DNA of 64,000 nt. Origin: Cyanophora paradoxa CCMP329. Lineage: Eukaryota; Plantae; Glaucophyta. Where the stretch lies: the NCBI GenBank assembly GCA_004431415.1, contig QPMI01000370.1, positions 925-64,924 on the forward strand, in the 5' to 3' direction. Of the stretch, positions 32,401 to 43,666 are shown piece by piece. Below the pieces are notes generated by a model, which did not search any database, was not told the origin of the DNA, and saw only the letters and a list, made by a program, of their open reading frames with translations. A program made the position numbers and the translations under genes. Each line of letters starts with the position of its first letter. Within the stretch, counting starts at the first letter, position 1.

Positions 32401-33418
32401 GGGGACGGGACAGAGAACCGGAGGCTAGGGCATGGGCGGAGGACAAGAGATAGAGGGAAGTGGGGGAAGCGATGAAAAGATGAAAAGAGCCTCGGAGAGG
32501 TGGGGGGAAGAGAGAGAGAGGGCGGGAGAGGGGGGGAGAGGGGAGGGGGTGGCCTGGGGGAGGGGGGAGGCGGGGGCGGGGTGGGGTGGGGGAGGGGAGG
32601 GGGGGGGTCGCCCAACCGGGAGAGATAGGAAGGGAGGGGTATAAATGGATGGGCGGGATGTGGAAGGGCATGGGGAAGGGGGAATACGGGACTCGAAGAA
32701 CGGGAGTGGGCAAGAGGCGGGGAGCGGAAACAAGGGAAGCGCGGCTGCGCAAGGGGGGGGGGGGGGGGGGGGAGGGTGGGGGGGGGGCTGGGGGAGGGGT
32801 TGAGGGGAGGGGTGGAGGGGGGTGGGGAGGGGGCGGGCGGGGATGCAGGGACGGGAAGGCTCTTGCAGGCGAAGGGACGAGGGAGGATGTTGCGGAGGAG
32901 GGGGAGACCAGGGGAGCGGGGGGGCCGCACCTGATGAAGAACTTGCCGGTGGCCTCGCGGCCGATGAACATGCCCCGCAGGCCGCTCATGCCCGACACCT
33001 GCGCCCCAAACGTCGTGATCAGCAGCAGGACCCAGCTCATGATCAGAAGCGTAAGGCGCTGCGGGGGCGGGCCTGGTCGTAATCCTGCATGAGAGCGCCC
33101 ATGATGAGCTCCGTCGCCGGCGCCGTCTGCAGCGTGAACGTCTTGCGGGCAGCCGACGGGGAGGCCGTTCGCCTTTGATCGTCTAGGCCTTCGCCTGCCG
33201 CGGCTGTCGCGGACAGCGGCGTTCAGCAAATACGGCGCGGCGGCGGGCTCATGATCAAAGACAATAAATTCACCTGTGCAGGAAAGCGACGCGGCAATGA
33301 TGAGACAAGCCACGAGCACCGCTTCCGCGACCGCGCATGCGAGTTGCGGAGCTCGAAAGGAGGGAGCCCTTCCAGATCTTCGATTTCGGGGGCGGTGCAG
33401 GCCTAGGTGGGCTTCCAT
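11466..33418 (-). CDS. Giant secreted/membrane-anchored Cys-rich repeat protein (ephrin-receptor-like/GCC2-GCC3-type CxxCPxGTY repeats)
   Basis: Signal-peptide-like start at 33418 (AVAEAVLVACLIIAASLSCT). Exons splice in frame across the retroelement-bearing intron (...SWETYQRK/VLYHMKLDAIG...). A CC-module exon spans 23458-25024, and dozens of C..CP.GT[YF] repeats span ~14700-21950. Hydrophobic segments lie near 14100-14160, 13700-13850 and 12600-12680, then a low-complexity tail ends ...MESEERS* at 11466. The single-gene model is inferred. Confidence 0.7.
16402..20172. repeat. Intragenic tandem array, ~2.9 copies of a 1296-bp unit (6 exons + 6 introns per unit)
   Basis: Units start at 16402, 17698 and 18994. 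They are near-identical including introns, and the ORF track repeats at a 1296 offset. Confidence 0.95.
25705..25937 (+). repeat. Split direct repeat A1 (233 bp)
   Basis: Identical by eye to 27707-27939. Confidence 0.95.
25937..26998 (+). CDS. gag: Gag-like protein with C-terminal zinc knuckle
   Basis: Intronless ORF with a Pro-rich N-part, coiled-coil-like middle and CYHCHDPSHMRNVC (CX2CX4HX4C). Confidence 0.85.
   Translation: MAALARPRGRLQLSRFVLIVCILALLVCPVANGARGAKRAKTATPSPNPPDPTVAPSAGPSSPPPVPPTPTPEAPAPEPGPPVITPSGSNICIGTHGPTVPTPSQQIADQTVEAFNQRFAAIEHYLGEVIAARTIGTATANPAPIPTPPISSVPLVDLTSNNGGEGSSSGNTARERAARTREPLTERERQRLHYNITRWNNPLNKEFALDTLDNIALAEARDYSALYIALRDQLKKIQRINQLGLDRALRLQNVNQATDDFQERQLLLTEQMYQQQLQQFTQNTVTGMPYGRSQNFAARPPGPRLAASGPTRPRACYHCHDPSHMRNVCPAFRAACQNCPPGTRPTPLPTPNS
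27649..27939 (+). repeat. Internal fused B1|A2 repeat (circle-junction copy)
   Basis: The element's 3' end is joined to its 5' end through one GAA (27707-27709): ...gcgctgtcc-GAA-tagttgttatac... Confidence 0.95.
28061..29963 (+). CDS. pol: DIRS-type Pol: reverse transcriptase, RNase H and Dam-like methyltransferase domain
   Basis: N-terminal WRAIGTSDYILSWLQNGY. RT motifs LFTVPKKTGDKLRLIWDGR, IDLESGYHH, LPFGLSHAP and YVDDF. RNase H motifs TTDAS, REMTA, RSDN and NNFADYLSR. MT-like DVDRMA...AVDCFTVDW...NYVFPD...VVPEWPSQPWWP. One frame break occurs at the C-run near 28290. Confidence 0.92.
30045..30689 (+). CDS. Tyrosine recombinase, C-terminally truncated
   Basis: N-terminal LASSTRDAY, box I GFFGLLRRSE and RSKTDQ are present. 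The ORF runs into repeat B before the HxxR, GxW and catalytic Tyr motifs. Confidence 0.85.
   Translation: MDAARWAHICARITFYANQHLASSTRDAYAMWVGRFRQFCIQLGVLPFPVDAEVLAGFLCDIADDDYVFSTINVAFSAVRNECETLRFDTSVFSSVLIQHVLTGLRRVLGDGPTRPAAVLSVEHIRRLAVASDRVPSQTHRRSIAMITVGFFGLLRRSEIVQIRRSHLSFRPDGMVLRVPRSKTDQTRIGHELFISALHFMAIVQVVPQLQYTK
30641..30701 (+). repeat. Split direct repeat B2 (61 bp)
   Basis: Identical to 27649-27709. Confidence 0.95.
31805..32930 (-). other. 1.1-kb polypyrimidine (sense) / polypurine G-run-rich intron
   Basis: AG|gtgcgg donor at 32930 and cgcag acceptor at 31805 join KFFIS/EIDLDTL in frame. The + strand is overwhelmingly G/A. Confidence 0.7.
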
Positions 33419-34510
33419 GTTATCTCCCCTGTTCGGAGCTGAGCAAGTCGCCGATGTCGTTGACTGCTGCTGTGAGCGTACGCGCGGCGAGCTGAAGGTC
33501 TGCCCGCCAATTGCAATTGTCTTGGAAAGCTAAGCTCATAATTAAGCTGCGCATGCACGCGCAGCTGCGCATGCCATGCTCGCGCTCGTTGCGCGCCGGG
33601 CGCCGCGGCCGCGTTGAGCTCGGACGTGTGCGCACACGGCCGCTGCTCCAGAGAGTCCGAAGATCAGCTCACGAGTTCGTACGAGCGCTGCGCATGCGCA
33701 TGCATATGCATTCGCGCTAGCGCGCTGAGCTAGCCGCGCTTGTGGTATAGCAGTGCAGTCACTGCACTATAGCTAGCCTAGTGCCAGAATACTAGCTATA
33801 GTAGCAGCTGCAGCTGATTTCGCCGAGTCGGGTCGCCAGCTACGCAGTGAACATTGGCTGGGTGAAAAACCTGCGACGGTCAGAGTATGGTGTTCCGTGT
33901 GGGTGGCGCTGGGTTCCGCTCACTCCGCGATAGCGGAGAGGCACTTGGGCGGAAAATCCGCGTATACGTACCCGCTTACTGACAGTCGTACCCTAGCTTG
34001 ACAGTCGCCGGTATGGCGCGGCCGTACGCGTGGCCCAGTGGGAGCTGCTGGTGCGGTTTCGATATCGGGACCGGTGTACGTATCGAAATCGATATCGGGG
34101 ACCCGCGGCCGATCGATATCATGATCATGCATATCGATATCACGTGCACGGCGTCCCGCGCCGGCCCCGGCGTATCATGATCACGGCGTCGACGTCCCGG
34201 CCCGGCGCCGGCGCGGCCCTAGGCCTCATGGCCATGGAATTCCGAAGCTAAGTTCGCAGCGACGTGCATGCTGGATCACCCGGCCCCGTCGACGTCGCCG
34301 AGTCGGGGCCTTCGTCGCCGTCTTCTGCCTCGCCGGCGCCTCCGAGGCTCTGCCCCGCGGCCGCCGCCGCGGCCCCCACCCCTTCCGGGGGATCCCCCTG
34401 GCCGGATCATCGGATCGGAGCAGCGCGGGCCTCGGAGCTTCTGGGTCGGGAGTACTAGTATGGTACAGGGGGAGGAGACAGCGGGAAGCACGCGGTCCCG
34501 GGCCGCGCCC

Positions 34511-35964
34511 TCACTTCTTGCGGTGCTCGCAGCCGAAGCCGGCGAGGACGAGGGCCGTCGGGCGCTCCCCCTCCCCCGGGTTGCTGAAGTTCAGGATCTT
34601 GCGCAGCTGCCCGCACGCGGTCAGCCGCGCGGCCCGCTGCGGGCGCCGGCGCCGGCGCCGGCGCCGCGCCCCGGCCCCGGGCGCGCGCACCCGGAGGTCG
34701 TCGCGGACCAGGATGATGCTGTCCACGCTCGTGATCTGAGGGGGCGCCCGGACCGTCGCGCCCGGCGCCCGGCCGCGGCGGGCGCGGCGGGAGGCGCGGG
34801 CGCACCCTGGAGTACCGCGTCTTCATGAGAAGCTGCGCGGGGCCGGCGGTCAGCGGGCTGCGAGGGGCGGGGCGGGGTAGGGCGGGGGCAGGCCTCGGTG
34901 CGGGCGCAGTCGAAGGTGAAGGAGCCGACGAAGGGCTTCGCCTCCTCGTACGCGATGTCCCCTGCCGCCGCCCTCGCCGCCGCGCGCGGGGCGGGCCGGG
35001 GCGGGCGGGGCTGGCGGGGCGGGGCGGGGCGCACGGAAGTACTTGCCGGAGATGACGTCCCCGTCGTACTCGACCGGCACGAAGAGCACGTTCGTCGAGT
35101 TCGTCACCCGGCCCCGCTTCTCCATCACCTGCCCGCACCGGGCCCTCGGCGCGAGGCCGGCGGCGGGGCGGGGCGCGGGCGGGGCGGACCGTGTCGAAGA
35201 AGACCTTGTAGCCGGCGGCGGCCTCGACGCCCTCCTCCGTCACCTCCTCGTTGCACACCTGCCACCGCGCCCGCGTCACCAGCGGCCGGGCCCCGGCGGA
35301 GGCACAGGAGCGCCGGCGGAGGCGGAGGCGGCCCGGCGGGCCCTCGCAGCGGCGCCGGCGGGAGTGCGCGCGCAGGAAGGGCGCAGCGGGCACCGCACCT
35401 CGAGCACGCGGCGCTTGACGTACTCGTCGAGCTCGTCCACCGTGAAGTCCGTCTGCGCCGCCCCGGCTCGCGTCAGCGCACTCCGAGCGTCAGCGGCCGC
35501 CTTGGAGCGCGCGCCTGCGACCGTTCGATCTCGCCCGTCTGCGGCAGCTCTGGCGAGAAGTAGTGGTAGGTCCGCTCGCTGCCGGCGGGCTGTCTCGGAC
35601 GAGTGCCGAAACGCGTGAAGCAGGGGCATGCACCTGAACCACCTGCCCGGCTGAGCGTCGAAGAACTTCCAGAATGCCTTGTTCATGGACTCCTTGTCGT
35701 GGGATGCGCTGGCACTGAGGCCGACATCAGAGGCTGCAGCGGGAGAGCGACGCCCAGGGACCCGGCACGCGGCCCGCACCGAACGGAGAAGACCGGGGAC
35801 GCGGTCGCATCATTCCGATCGTCCGAGCGCCGCACGCTCCGGCCGGCGAAGCTGCTCCGGAGCCGGGCGGACGACGCCGCCGCGGTCGACGGGCATGACG
35901 GGGCGGATCGACCCGGTACGCGGGCATCTGCAGCGCGCGGCGCGACGATCGGTGCTGCGAACAT
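34511..35964 (-). CDS. CpcS/CpeS-family phycobiliprotein lyase (CpcV-like) with plastid-transit-peptide-like leader
   Basis: Spliced product: MFAAPIVAP...RSSFAGRSV...FWKFFDAQPGRWFSERTYHY...ERSQTDFTV...GKYFRDIAYEEAKPFVGSFTFD...MKTRYSRITSVDSIILVRDDLRLRKILNF...LAGFGCEHRKK*. Confidence 0.8.
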
Positions 35965-36046
35965 GATGCTGGCTTTTGCGGTCAACAACTGCCGAGCGCG
36001 CGTACCCGGGCGAAGGCACGGTACCGTACCCGGGATCGAGAAAAAG

Positions 36047-38950
36047 ATGGCGGCCGCGCGGGTCCTGCTGCTCCCGGCGCCCTCGCTCGACCCTGAGGAG
36101 TGGGGCGCGGTCGTGTTCTGCGATGTCGCGGGCCCGGTTCCTGGTGCGCGCCCCACCCCGGCGCCAGCGCTCGCGACCTCGAGCCGCGCCGACGCGCGTG
36201 CAGGGAACAAGGAGCCCGCCGGCCAGGCCTTCCACAACCTCGCGTATACAGTCATACACGGCCTGGAGGACGCGGAGGAGCAGGCGAAGCATGAAGCGGA
36301 GGAGGACGAGACGTTCCGGAAGAAGCACAAGTCCGACAACTGGCTGCCCATCGAGGGCGAGCACCACGATTTGAACAACCAGGCGAGGCTTGGCGCGGCG
36401 CCGCACGCCGCCCCGCGCGCCGACCGCTCGCCGCTCAGGATCACTACGCGGTCATGGGGCTGGAGCACCTTCGGCACGAGGCGACGGAGGATCAGATCCG
36501 CAAGACGTACCGCGAGCTGAGCCTCAAGTACCACCCGGGTTAGCGCTTTCGCGCGCGGCGGGGGCGCTGGGCGCGGCTGACGGGGGCGGGGCGGGGCAGA
36601 CAAGATGCAGGGGAAGGAGGGCGTCGAGGGCTCGGACCTCATCTTCAAGGCCATCCAGAAGGCGTACGACGTGCTCGGCGACCCCGTGAAGCGCCGCTCG
36701 TACGACTCGAGCTTCGAGTTCGACGACGCTATCCCCACCGGATTCGAGAAGGCGCGCCCCGCCGGGGCGCCGCGCCCGGGGCCGGGCGCCGCCGCGCGCG
36801 CGCGGGGCGGCGAGCGGGGCGCAGGGGAGCTTCTACGAGGTCTTCGGGCGGGTCTTCAAGCGGAACGCGGTCTGGTCGGCGGTCAAGCCGGTGCCCATGC
36901 TCGGCGACGACGACACGCCCGACGCCGACGTCGACGGCGCGCCCGCCCGCCCCTGCCGCCCGCGGCCCGCCGCCGCTCACGCGCCTCGCAGCGTTCTACC
37001 ACTTCTGGGACAACTTCAAGTCGTGGAGGTGGGTGCCCTGCCCCTGCCCCGCGGGGGCCGACGCGGGCCCGGGCCGGCTCGAGCGGGGCGGGGCGGGGGC
37101 GCAGAGACTTCTCGTACCTGGACGAGCACGTGCCGGAGAGCGCCGAGTGCCGGGAGGAGCGGCGCTGGATGGAGAAGGAGAACGAGCGCGAGCGCAACAA
37201 GCGCAAGAAGGCCGAGTTCGCCCGCGTCCGCAAGTGCGCGACTCGCGCCGCGCCGCCCCGCGCCGCGCGGGGCCCCGGCCGAGGCGGGTGGGCGTGGCAG
37301 GCTGGTGGACCTGGCGTACAGCAAGGACCCGCGCGTGGTGCGGCGGCGCAAGGCCGAGCTGGAGGCGAAGGAGAAGGCGAAGCAGGACAAGGCGGAGAGC
37401 CGGCGGCGGGAGCAGGAGGCGAAGGAGAAGGCGGAGGAGGAGGAGCGGCAGCGCAAGGCGCGGGAGGAGGAAGAAGAGCGGCAGCGGAAGCAGCGGGAGA
37501 AGACGGAGAAGGAGTGGCAGAAGAAGCAGCTCAAGAAGGAGCGCGCCCGCCTCCGCACCCTCCTCCAGGCCCTCCTCCCCGTGCGGCCTTCGCCCCACCC
37601 GCCGCCGGCCGCGGGCCGAGCGGGGCGCGCGGCAGGCGGCGGAGGCGCCCGGGGAGGCGGACGTCGAGACGTACGCGAACGAGGCCGGCTACGAGCGCAT
37701 CAAGGCCCTCAACGACTCCATCGAGGGCACCGACGGTCCGCCCCGCCCCGCCGCCCCCGCTCCCACGCCCTTCCCGGTCCGACCACCGGCGGCGGCAGCG
37801 GCGCGGGCGCGGGCGGGCTGGGAGGCGGAGTGGGGCCCCGTGCGGGACGCGATTCGGGGGCGGGAGGAGGCGGCGGCGCGGGCGGCGGAGGAGGAGGCGG
37901 CCAAGAAGAAGGCGGCCAAGACGAAGAAGAAGGCGGGCAAGGAGGGCCCCGAGGCGGCTGCCGGGGGCGACGGCCCGAGCGGCGCGGCCGCCGAGCGCCC
38001 GTGGACCGAGCAGGAGCTCTTCGCCCTGCAGAAGGCCCTCGTCAAGTTCCCTCCGGGGGCGGCGAACCGCTGGGAGAGCGTCGCCGTCGCCATGGGCCAC
38101 ACGCGCGAGCCGCAGGAGATCATCGCCATGGCCAGCAAGATACGGTGCCCCCGCCCGCCCGCGGCGCGCGCCCCCGCCGGGCCGCCGGGCGCTGACGGCT
38201 GCGCTTGCGTGCGGCGCAGGACGGCGAAGATGGGGAAGCCGCCGCCGGACGTCAAGGCGCGCCGGGCCGGACGGGGGCGGGGCGGCGGGCGGTGCGGCTG
38301 ACGCGCGGGGGCGCGGCGCAGGTGGAGGACGACTACAGCAAGTTCGCCCACTCCAAGGGCGTCCGCCAGGAGATCAAGTCCGCCCCACGCAGCGCTGGGA
38401 GGCGCGCCCCGGCCCCGCCCGCCCCGCCCCGCCCCCGCCCCGCCCCTCGAGCCCCGCGCCAGGTCGACGAGAAGACGACCCCGCCGGTCGCCGTTGCCGC
38501 GGAGAGCCCTGCGCCGCCGCCGGCCGCAGCGCCGGCGCCGCCGCCGGCGGCGGCGGCCACGGCGTCGCCGCCGCCGCGGGCGGAGGCCGGGGAGGCGGAC
38601 GCGGAGCGCAAGGCGAAGAAGGCGGCGGCGGTGCCGCCGGGGGCGGAGGACGGGGCGGGCCCCGCGAACAAGGACTGGACGGTCGAGCAGCAGCAGGCCC
38701 TCGAGCGCGGCCTCAAGGCGCACCCCGCGACCCTCGGCGCCGAGCGCTGGAAGCTCATCTCCAAGCTCGTCCCGGGGAAGACCCCCAAGCAGTGCATGGA
38801 GCGCTTCAAGGCACGCCCCGCCGCCCCGCCCCGCGCCCCGCCCCTTGCCCCGCCCCGCGCCGCCCCGCGGCTGACGGGGCGGCGCGCGCGCAGGAGCTGG
38901 TGGCCTTCTTCAAGACCAAGCGCGACAAGGAAGCCAAGGGCGAGGCCTGA
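36047..38950 (+). CDS. DNAJC2: DnaJ homolog subfamily C member 2 (zuotin/MPP11) with SANT domains
   Basis: EPAG motif, J-domain DHYAVMGL...KYHPDK, FYHFWDNFKSWRDFS, ERRWMEKEN, DPR, and two SANT repeats (PWTEQELFALQKAL, DWTVEQQQALERGL). About 13 introns. Confidence 0.95.
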
Positions 38951-39270
38951 GCGCGACGCGTGCCTGCAGCATCTCCCCGCCCCGCCCCCGTGAGACGCGA
39001 GCTACATCAGAGGAAAGACAGCCCCTGTCAGCTTGGAGCTTGATGAAAGCTGTTATTACAGGCGCCATTTCATGGCACGAGCAAGTTGGGGGGCAGGGAG
39101 GGGCGGGGCGCGTGGCGAGGTGTGGGGCCGACGACAGCGGGGGCATTCGAAAGGCGAGGACGAAGAGCGGGGCGGGAAGGGGGCGGCGCGGAGGTGGCGG
39201 TGGGGTTTGCGAGGGGGTTTCCGGGAGGGGCGCTTGAGAGGCGGGATGGGTTCGGGAGTCGGGTCGGACG

Positions 39271-39798
39271 CTAGCTAGAAAGGAGGTCGTCGGAGATGGA
39301 GCGCAGCGAGTCCTTCACGCCCGTCAGCAGCTCCTCTGCCGCCGCGCGTCAGCGCCGCGCCGCCGGGGGGGGGAATGGGGGAGAGGCTCGCGCACCCGCG
39401 CCGCGCACGGCCTGCGTAACCTTCTTCGACACCTCCTCGTCTTCCCGCTGCAGCGCGCTCAGCGTGGCCAGCTGCGCATCCTTCCCGCTGGTCGCCGGCA
39501 GCGCGTCGATGAGGCTGTCGATGCGTTTTGAGGCGCGGACGAGATCGACAGCGAATTCCTTCGCCATCTTCTCGACGGCCTGCTTGTCCAGGGTCGGCGG
39601 CGGCGGCGGCTGCTGCGGCGCAGGAGCTCCCTCGGGCAGGAAGGGGCACGGCTCGTTCCCGAGCGCCGCAGGCGGAGCGTCGCGCTGCAGCACTCCGATG
39701 GAGGTGAACATGATCATCGCGAACTGGTCGAGCTGGTCCTGGAGGGCCGTGAGCACGTCCACCTGTGGCGGACCTGCCGCCGCCGCAGGGTCGCCCAT
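39271..39798 (-). CDS. MED21: Mediator subunit 21 (Srb7)
   Basis: DVLTALQDQLDQ...SIGVLQRDAPP...DLVRASKRIDSLIDALP...LQRED; one intron. Confidence 0.88.
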
Positions 39799-40070
39799 CC
39801 CCACCGCGACGTCGCTACGCTTTGCGGGCTCGCTGCGACCCTATGACCCTATGGAGAGCTCCGGAGATCCCGCGCTGTATATATTCTGTTGTCAATGCGC
39901 TAAATCTAGGCCGAGTCGCGCTGGAGGGCGGCTGCCGGGTGCCGCTAGCGCTGTGCAGCCGCTGAGCAGCCGCTCGCTTGAGTCGCTTCGACTGGTACGG
40001 ACGGGTACGCGATTCGCGGGTTCGATCTCCGGTCGATCTTGGGCGGATATCAGCGCTGCGACCGCAAAGC

Positions 40071-40836
40071 ATGGCCTTTCTTGCGTTGCCTCCGTGCAAT
40101 GACGCTCTGTCGCGGCGGCGGTTCGCGGACGAAGATCGGCGCGTCAGCCTCCAGCCGCAGCGAGCGCCCTCCAGCCGCGGCGAGTTTCGCATATCTGCCT
40201 CCGGGAGCGATCATCAACGCGAATCAGCACCTCGATCCGGCGCTGCGCCGAACGTGCCGCCGTCGCCAGCATCTCGCGCCAACACGCACGTGGCTGCCGG
40301 GAACGAGCACGGCAGTGTAGACCCTTCCATAAGCATTGACGGCTCTCCACGATGGGTTCAGCGCATGGTGCGCCTGCGTGCCGGGAAGGGTCGCTCTGAT
40401 GTCGGGGGCAAGCGCTAGCGCGTCCTCCGCGTCGTGCACGCTCTCACACACTTCGAAGGGTAATCACGCTCCATTCGTGCTCGGCGGCGCTGCATTCGGA
40501 ATTTCCGGTGCGCGGCCCAGCGTGAGCGTCAATGACGCCTTCAGCGACATCATTTCGGCAAGTCGCTGTCATTCTCAGACGCATGTCTTCCCTGGCGCAG
40601 TGGTCCTAGCGGGCGTCGCGGGAATGCTCGATTGGCGAGATTACAAGAGGCGGAAAGAGGAGCGCGCGAAGCTCGAGCAGCGCCTCACCCGTCTAGCGAA
40701 CATGCGCTCCGATCCGTCGCCGGAGAGCGCGCGCCTCGGTCGCAGCGCAAGCCGCGCGCTCTCCAAGCCTCGCGCCGCCACCTCGAATTCGGGGTCGAGC
40801 CACGACAACCCGTCGCCCCCAAAGCTTCCAGCATGA
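40071..40836 (+). CDS. Small hypothetical protein, MAF-type leader and one TM segment
   Basis: MAFLALPP start, intron-like segments, and PFVLGGAAFGIS/VVLAGVAGMLDWRDYKRRKEE followed by a basic tail. No family recognised. Confidence 0.4.
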
Positions 40837-41184
40837 GCGCCGTCCGCAGCAGGCCACGCCGTGGCAGCGCGCCCCCTCTCTACTGCGTCGAAAGCGGCTT
40901 GCCATTTCATGCGCGTCGTCGGCATCAACCGCACGCGGTGGCCAACGCGCAAGCCTGGTGCTCCGCACGCAGGCCGGCCTGGCCCGCAGGCTACCGCTCA
41001 CAGGACTCGATCGCGACCCGCCTACGCGACCCCTCGACATTGTCCGGCCGCATGCGCATGCAGCTCTCCCACGATTCTGTAATTTCAGAAGTGGTTCACG
41101 GCATCAATGCCAGGAAGGGAAGCACCCGCAGGGGCGGCAGGGGCAGGGAGCGAGGGGCGAGGGGCGGGGGGCGGGGGCGGGGGC

Positions 41185-43115
41185 TCAGGGGCGGGGCCCC
41201 GGGGGCGCGGAGGCGTCGTTCCAGAGGTCGGGGTTGAGGGGCCGGGCGCTGGCCCCGCGCGCCATGCAGCTGTTCTCCGACGAGGAGACCATGCCCCACG
41301 CCTGGCCCAGCGTCAGCCCCCGCGGGCGGAGCGCGGGGCGGGGCGGGGCGGGGCAGGGCGGGGCGCGGGGGCGGGCCTTGAGGGCGTCGTGCTTGCGGGG
41401 CTGGAAGCCGGGGGCCCAGGTGAGGACGGGCGCCGCGGGGTAGTGCGCCAGGAAGGCCTCTACGGCCGCCAGCAGCGCGGGGAAGAGCGCCCCGCGCTCC
41501 GGATGCACCTGCGCCCCGCCCCGCCCCGCTCGCGGCGCGCCAGGGGCGGGAGGCGAGGCTGCGGGCCGGGCCGGCGCGCCTGGAGATGGAGGACGTGCGG
41601 GCCGGCGCCGCGCATGTTGGCCGCCACCTTCGCGAAGGCCACGACCTGCGCCGCGTGAGGCCCGCACGCCCCCGCGCCCGGTGGCGGCGGTCCAGCGCGA
41701 GCAGGCGCGCCTGGCCGTCCTTCTCGAGCACGAAGCGGCGCTCGTCGACCTGCCCGAGGGCCCGCCGCAGCCACGCGGCCAGCCGCGCCAGCGCGCCCAC
41801 CTGCCGCCCGCCCGCTCGCCTCGGCCCCGGAGACGGCGGGCGGGGGGGCGGGCGGGGGGCGGGCGGCGGCGGGGACCTCGAAGTCGTCGGGGCGGAGGCC
41901 GTCGACCCAGCGGACGAACTTGGGCGTGCACGCCTCGTACAGCCCGTACACCCGCGCCGGGTCCCGCCCCGTGTCGAACCCCCGCACGCCGCCCACTGCC
42001 CCCGCCGTGGGGGGCGCCACCCGCGGCGCCGGCCCAGCGAGCTTCGGGGCAGAGGCCTGCGTGTTGCTGCCGGCGCTGGAGCGCCTAGCCTGGCGGGTCC
42101 GCTTGTAGTACGTGACGCGCGTGTACTCCCTGAAGCCCAGCGACTCGTACAGCTTGATCGCCCGCCCGTTCTGCCCGGCGCATCAGCTTCCGCCATGCGG
42201 CGCGGCGCCAGCCGGCGGCGCACGTCGGTCTCGACCTCGAGGGAGAAGCAGGTCGCTCCGCGCTGCGCCATCCGCGAAAGGAAGGTCTGCATTATGTAGC
42301 GCCCCAGGCCACGGCCCTGCGACGCGCACGTCGGCCCGCCGCCCCAGGAGATGCGGGGGCGGCGGGCGGCGGACCTGGAACTGCTCGGCGATGGCCACGA
42401 AGTCGACGTTCCAGCGGCGACAGGGCTTGTCGCGCGGCGAGTACTTGAGCAGCCCCGCGACCTGGCGCCCCGATCGGCGGGGCTCCCGCCGCAAGCGGCC
42501 GGCCTTTCACCTGCTGGTCGAACTCGAGGACGTCAACATCCAGGGCGTGCTGGTACGGGTTTGGGAAGAGGCGCAGGAAGGCGTAGAGCGGGTAGAACTT
42601 GCGCCAGCGCCGGACCATGCCCCGCAGGTTTACGCCGAGGTTGCCAAGCATCTCATTGAACGCATTGCAGAACACGTCGCCCACCGCCTTCAGGTCCTCG
42701 AACTTCAACGGCCGCACGACAGCTCCCGCCGGCACGCTGAGCGGCGATCTCAGCGGGCGTGCGGCGCGGCGGACGCTCGCGGCGCCTTGCCTCTTGCTGC
42801 TAGCAAACGCCTGCTGTGACCGAATGATTGAGCGGCCGCTGCTGCCTGCGGGCACGTTCAGACGGGAGAGGTCATAGGTGGGTCATGCGCGCCTGCGCTC
42901 ATGTCGTTGGAGCAGGATCTCCGGGCCCTTAGAGAGCCCGCAGACCGCGTCGCTCCCACGAGGAACGTCGGCCGGGGCGGCAGCGTACGCGACCGGTCCG
43001 CAGGGCCGGCGGCCGGCCTGACGCGCTGGCGTTGCGCTCGCATATCGCTTACCGCCTCCATGCGCACCGGAGGCGCGACCGGAAGCACGGCGAAGAGCGG
43101 CGGCGGTGGCGCCAT
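41185..43115 (-). CDS. GNAT-family N-acetyltransferase, possible organellar leader
   Basis: VRPLKFEDL, WNVDFVAIAEQFQ/GRGLG (acetyl-CoA motif A), LEVE, and NGRAIKLYESLGF. Confidence 0.8.
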
Positions 43116-43306
43116 TCTTCAAAAGGAGTCGAGACTGTACCCGCCGCCGAGAAGCCGTCGTTCAAGCCGACTTCAAGCCGCGTCTTGGCCGTCGTTCAAG
43201 CCGAATCGAAAGCCACGCTAGCGCTTCCAGCGCCTGTACGTCGTGCACGAAGCAGTCGGACGCTGAAGCCGTCGCGGCTAGCGCGCGAGGGTTAAGAGCT
43301 AGGGCG

Positions 43307-43666
43307 ATGGCTTCCTCCGATGCCGCCGTCGGCGTCCTGCTCCTCGTCGTCGCGATCGTCGTGTGGGTCTATTACACGCTCTGGTATGCTCTTTTCGCGC
43401 GCCTGGCCCGCCCCGCAACGCTGACTCAATCGCGCTGGCAGGGTGCTCGTGACCCCCTTCGTCGCCGAGAGCCACGCATACCTGCTCGACTACTTCCCTG
43501 ACCGGTCCGCTGTTGGTGCGGTCGCGCCATGCGCCCTCCGCTGACCACGCCCAGGTACTACGCCGTTGCTGTCCCCGCGGCGCTCCTGGTGGTTCTGTTT
43601 ACTGGCGTTGGCCTGTTCGTGAGCTTATCCATCATCAAGAGCGGCCAGAAGAAGAAGGCAGCATAG
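43307..43666 (+). CDS. DPM2: Dolichol-phosphate-mannose synthase regulatory subunit
   Basis: MASSDAAVGVLLLVVAIVVWVYYTLW/VLVTPFV...YFPDR/YYAVAVPAALLVVLFTGVGLFVSLSIIKSGQKKKAA*; two introns. Confidence 0.92.

Noticed and set aside
32105-33040. Long Pro-rich ORFs and an apparent signal peptide MSWVLLLITTFG
   Set aside because: Both fall within introns once the GC-AG intron (DYDQ/VSGMSG) and the 1.1-kb intron are modelled.
33750-33785. Hairpin gtgcagt-c-actgcac followed by CTAG-T (Helitron 3'-end-like)
   Set aside because: It lies in palindrome- and CTAG-saturated DNA with no other Helitron evidence.
33840-34060. Complex-sequence island between palindromic blocks, possible ncRNA
   Set aside because: No tRNA, snRNA, SRP or RNase P/MRP motif recognised; a covariance-model search would be needed.
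6880-38390. Frameshifts suggesting pseudogenes or programmed frameshifting (~6880, 19620, 28290, 38385)
   Set aside because: All are single-base losses in G/C runs, and one affects only one of three identical repeat copies. They are best explained as long-read consensus errors.
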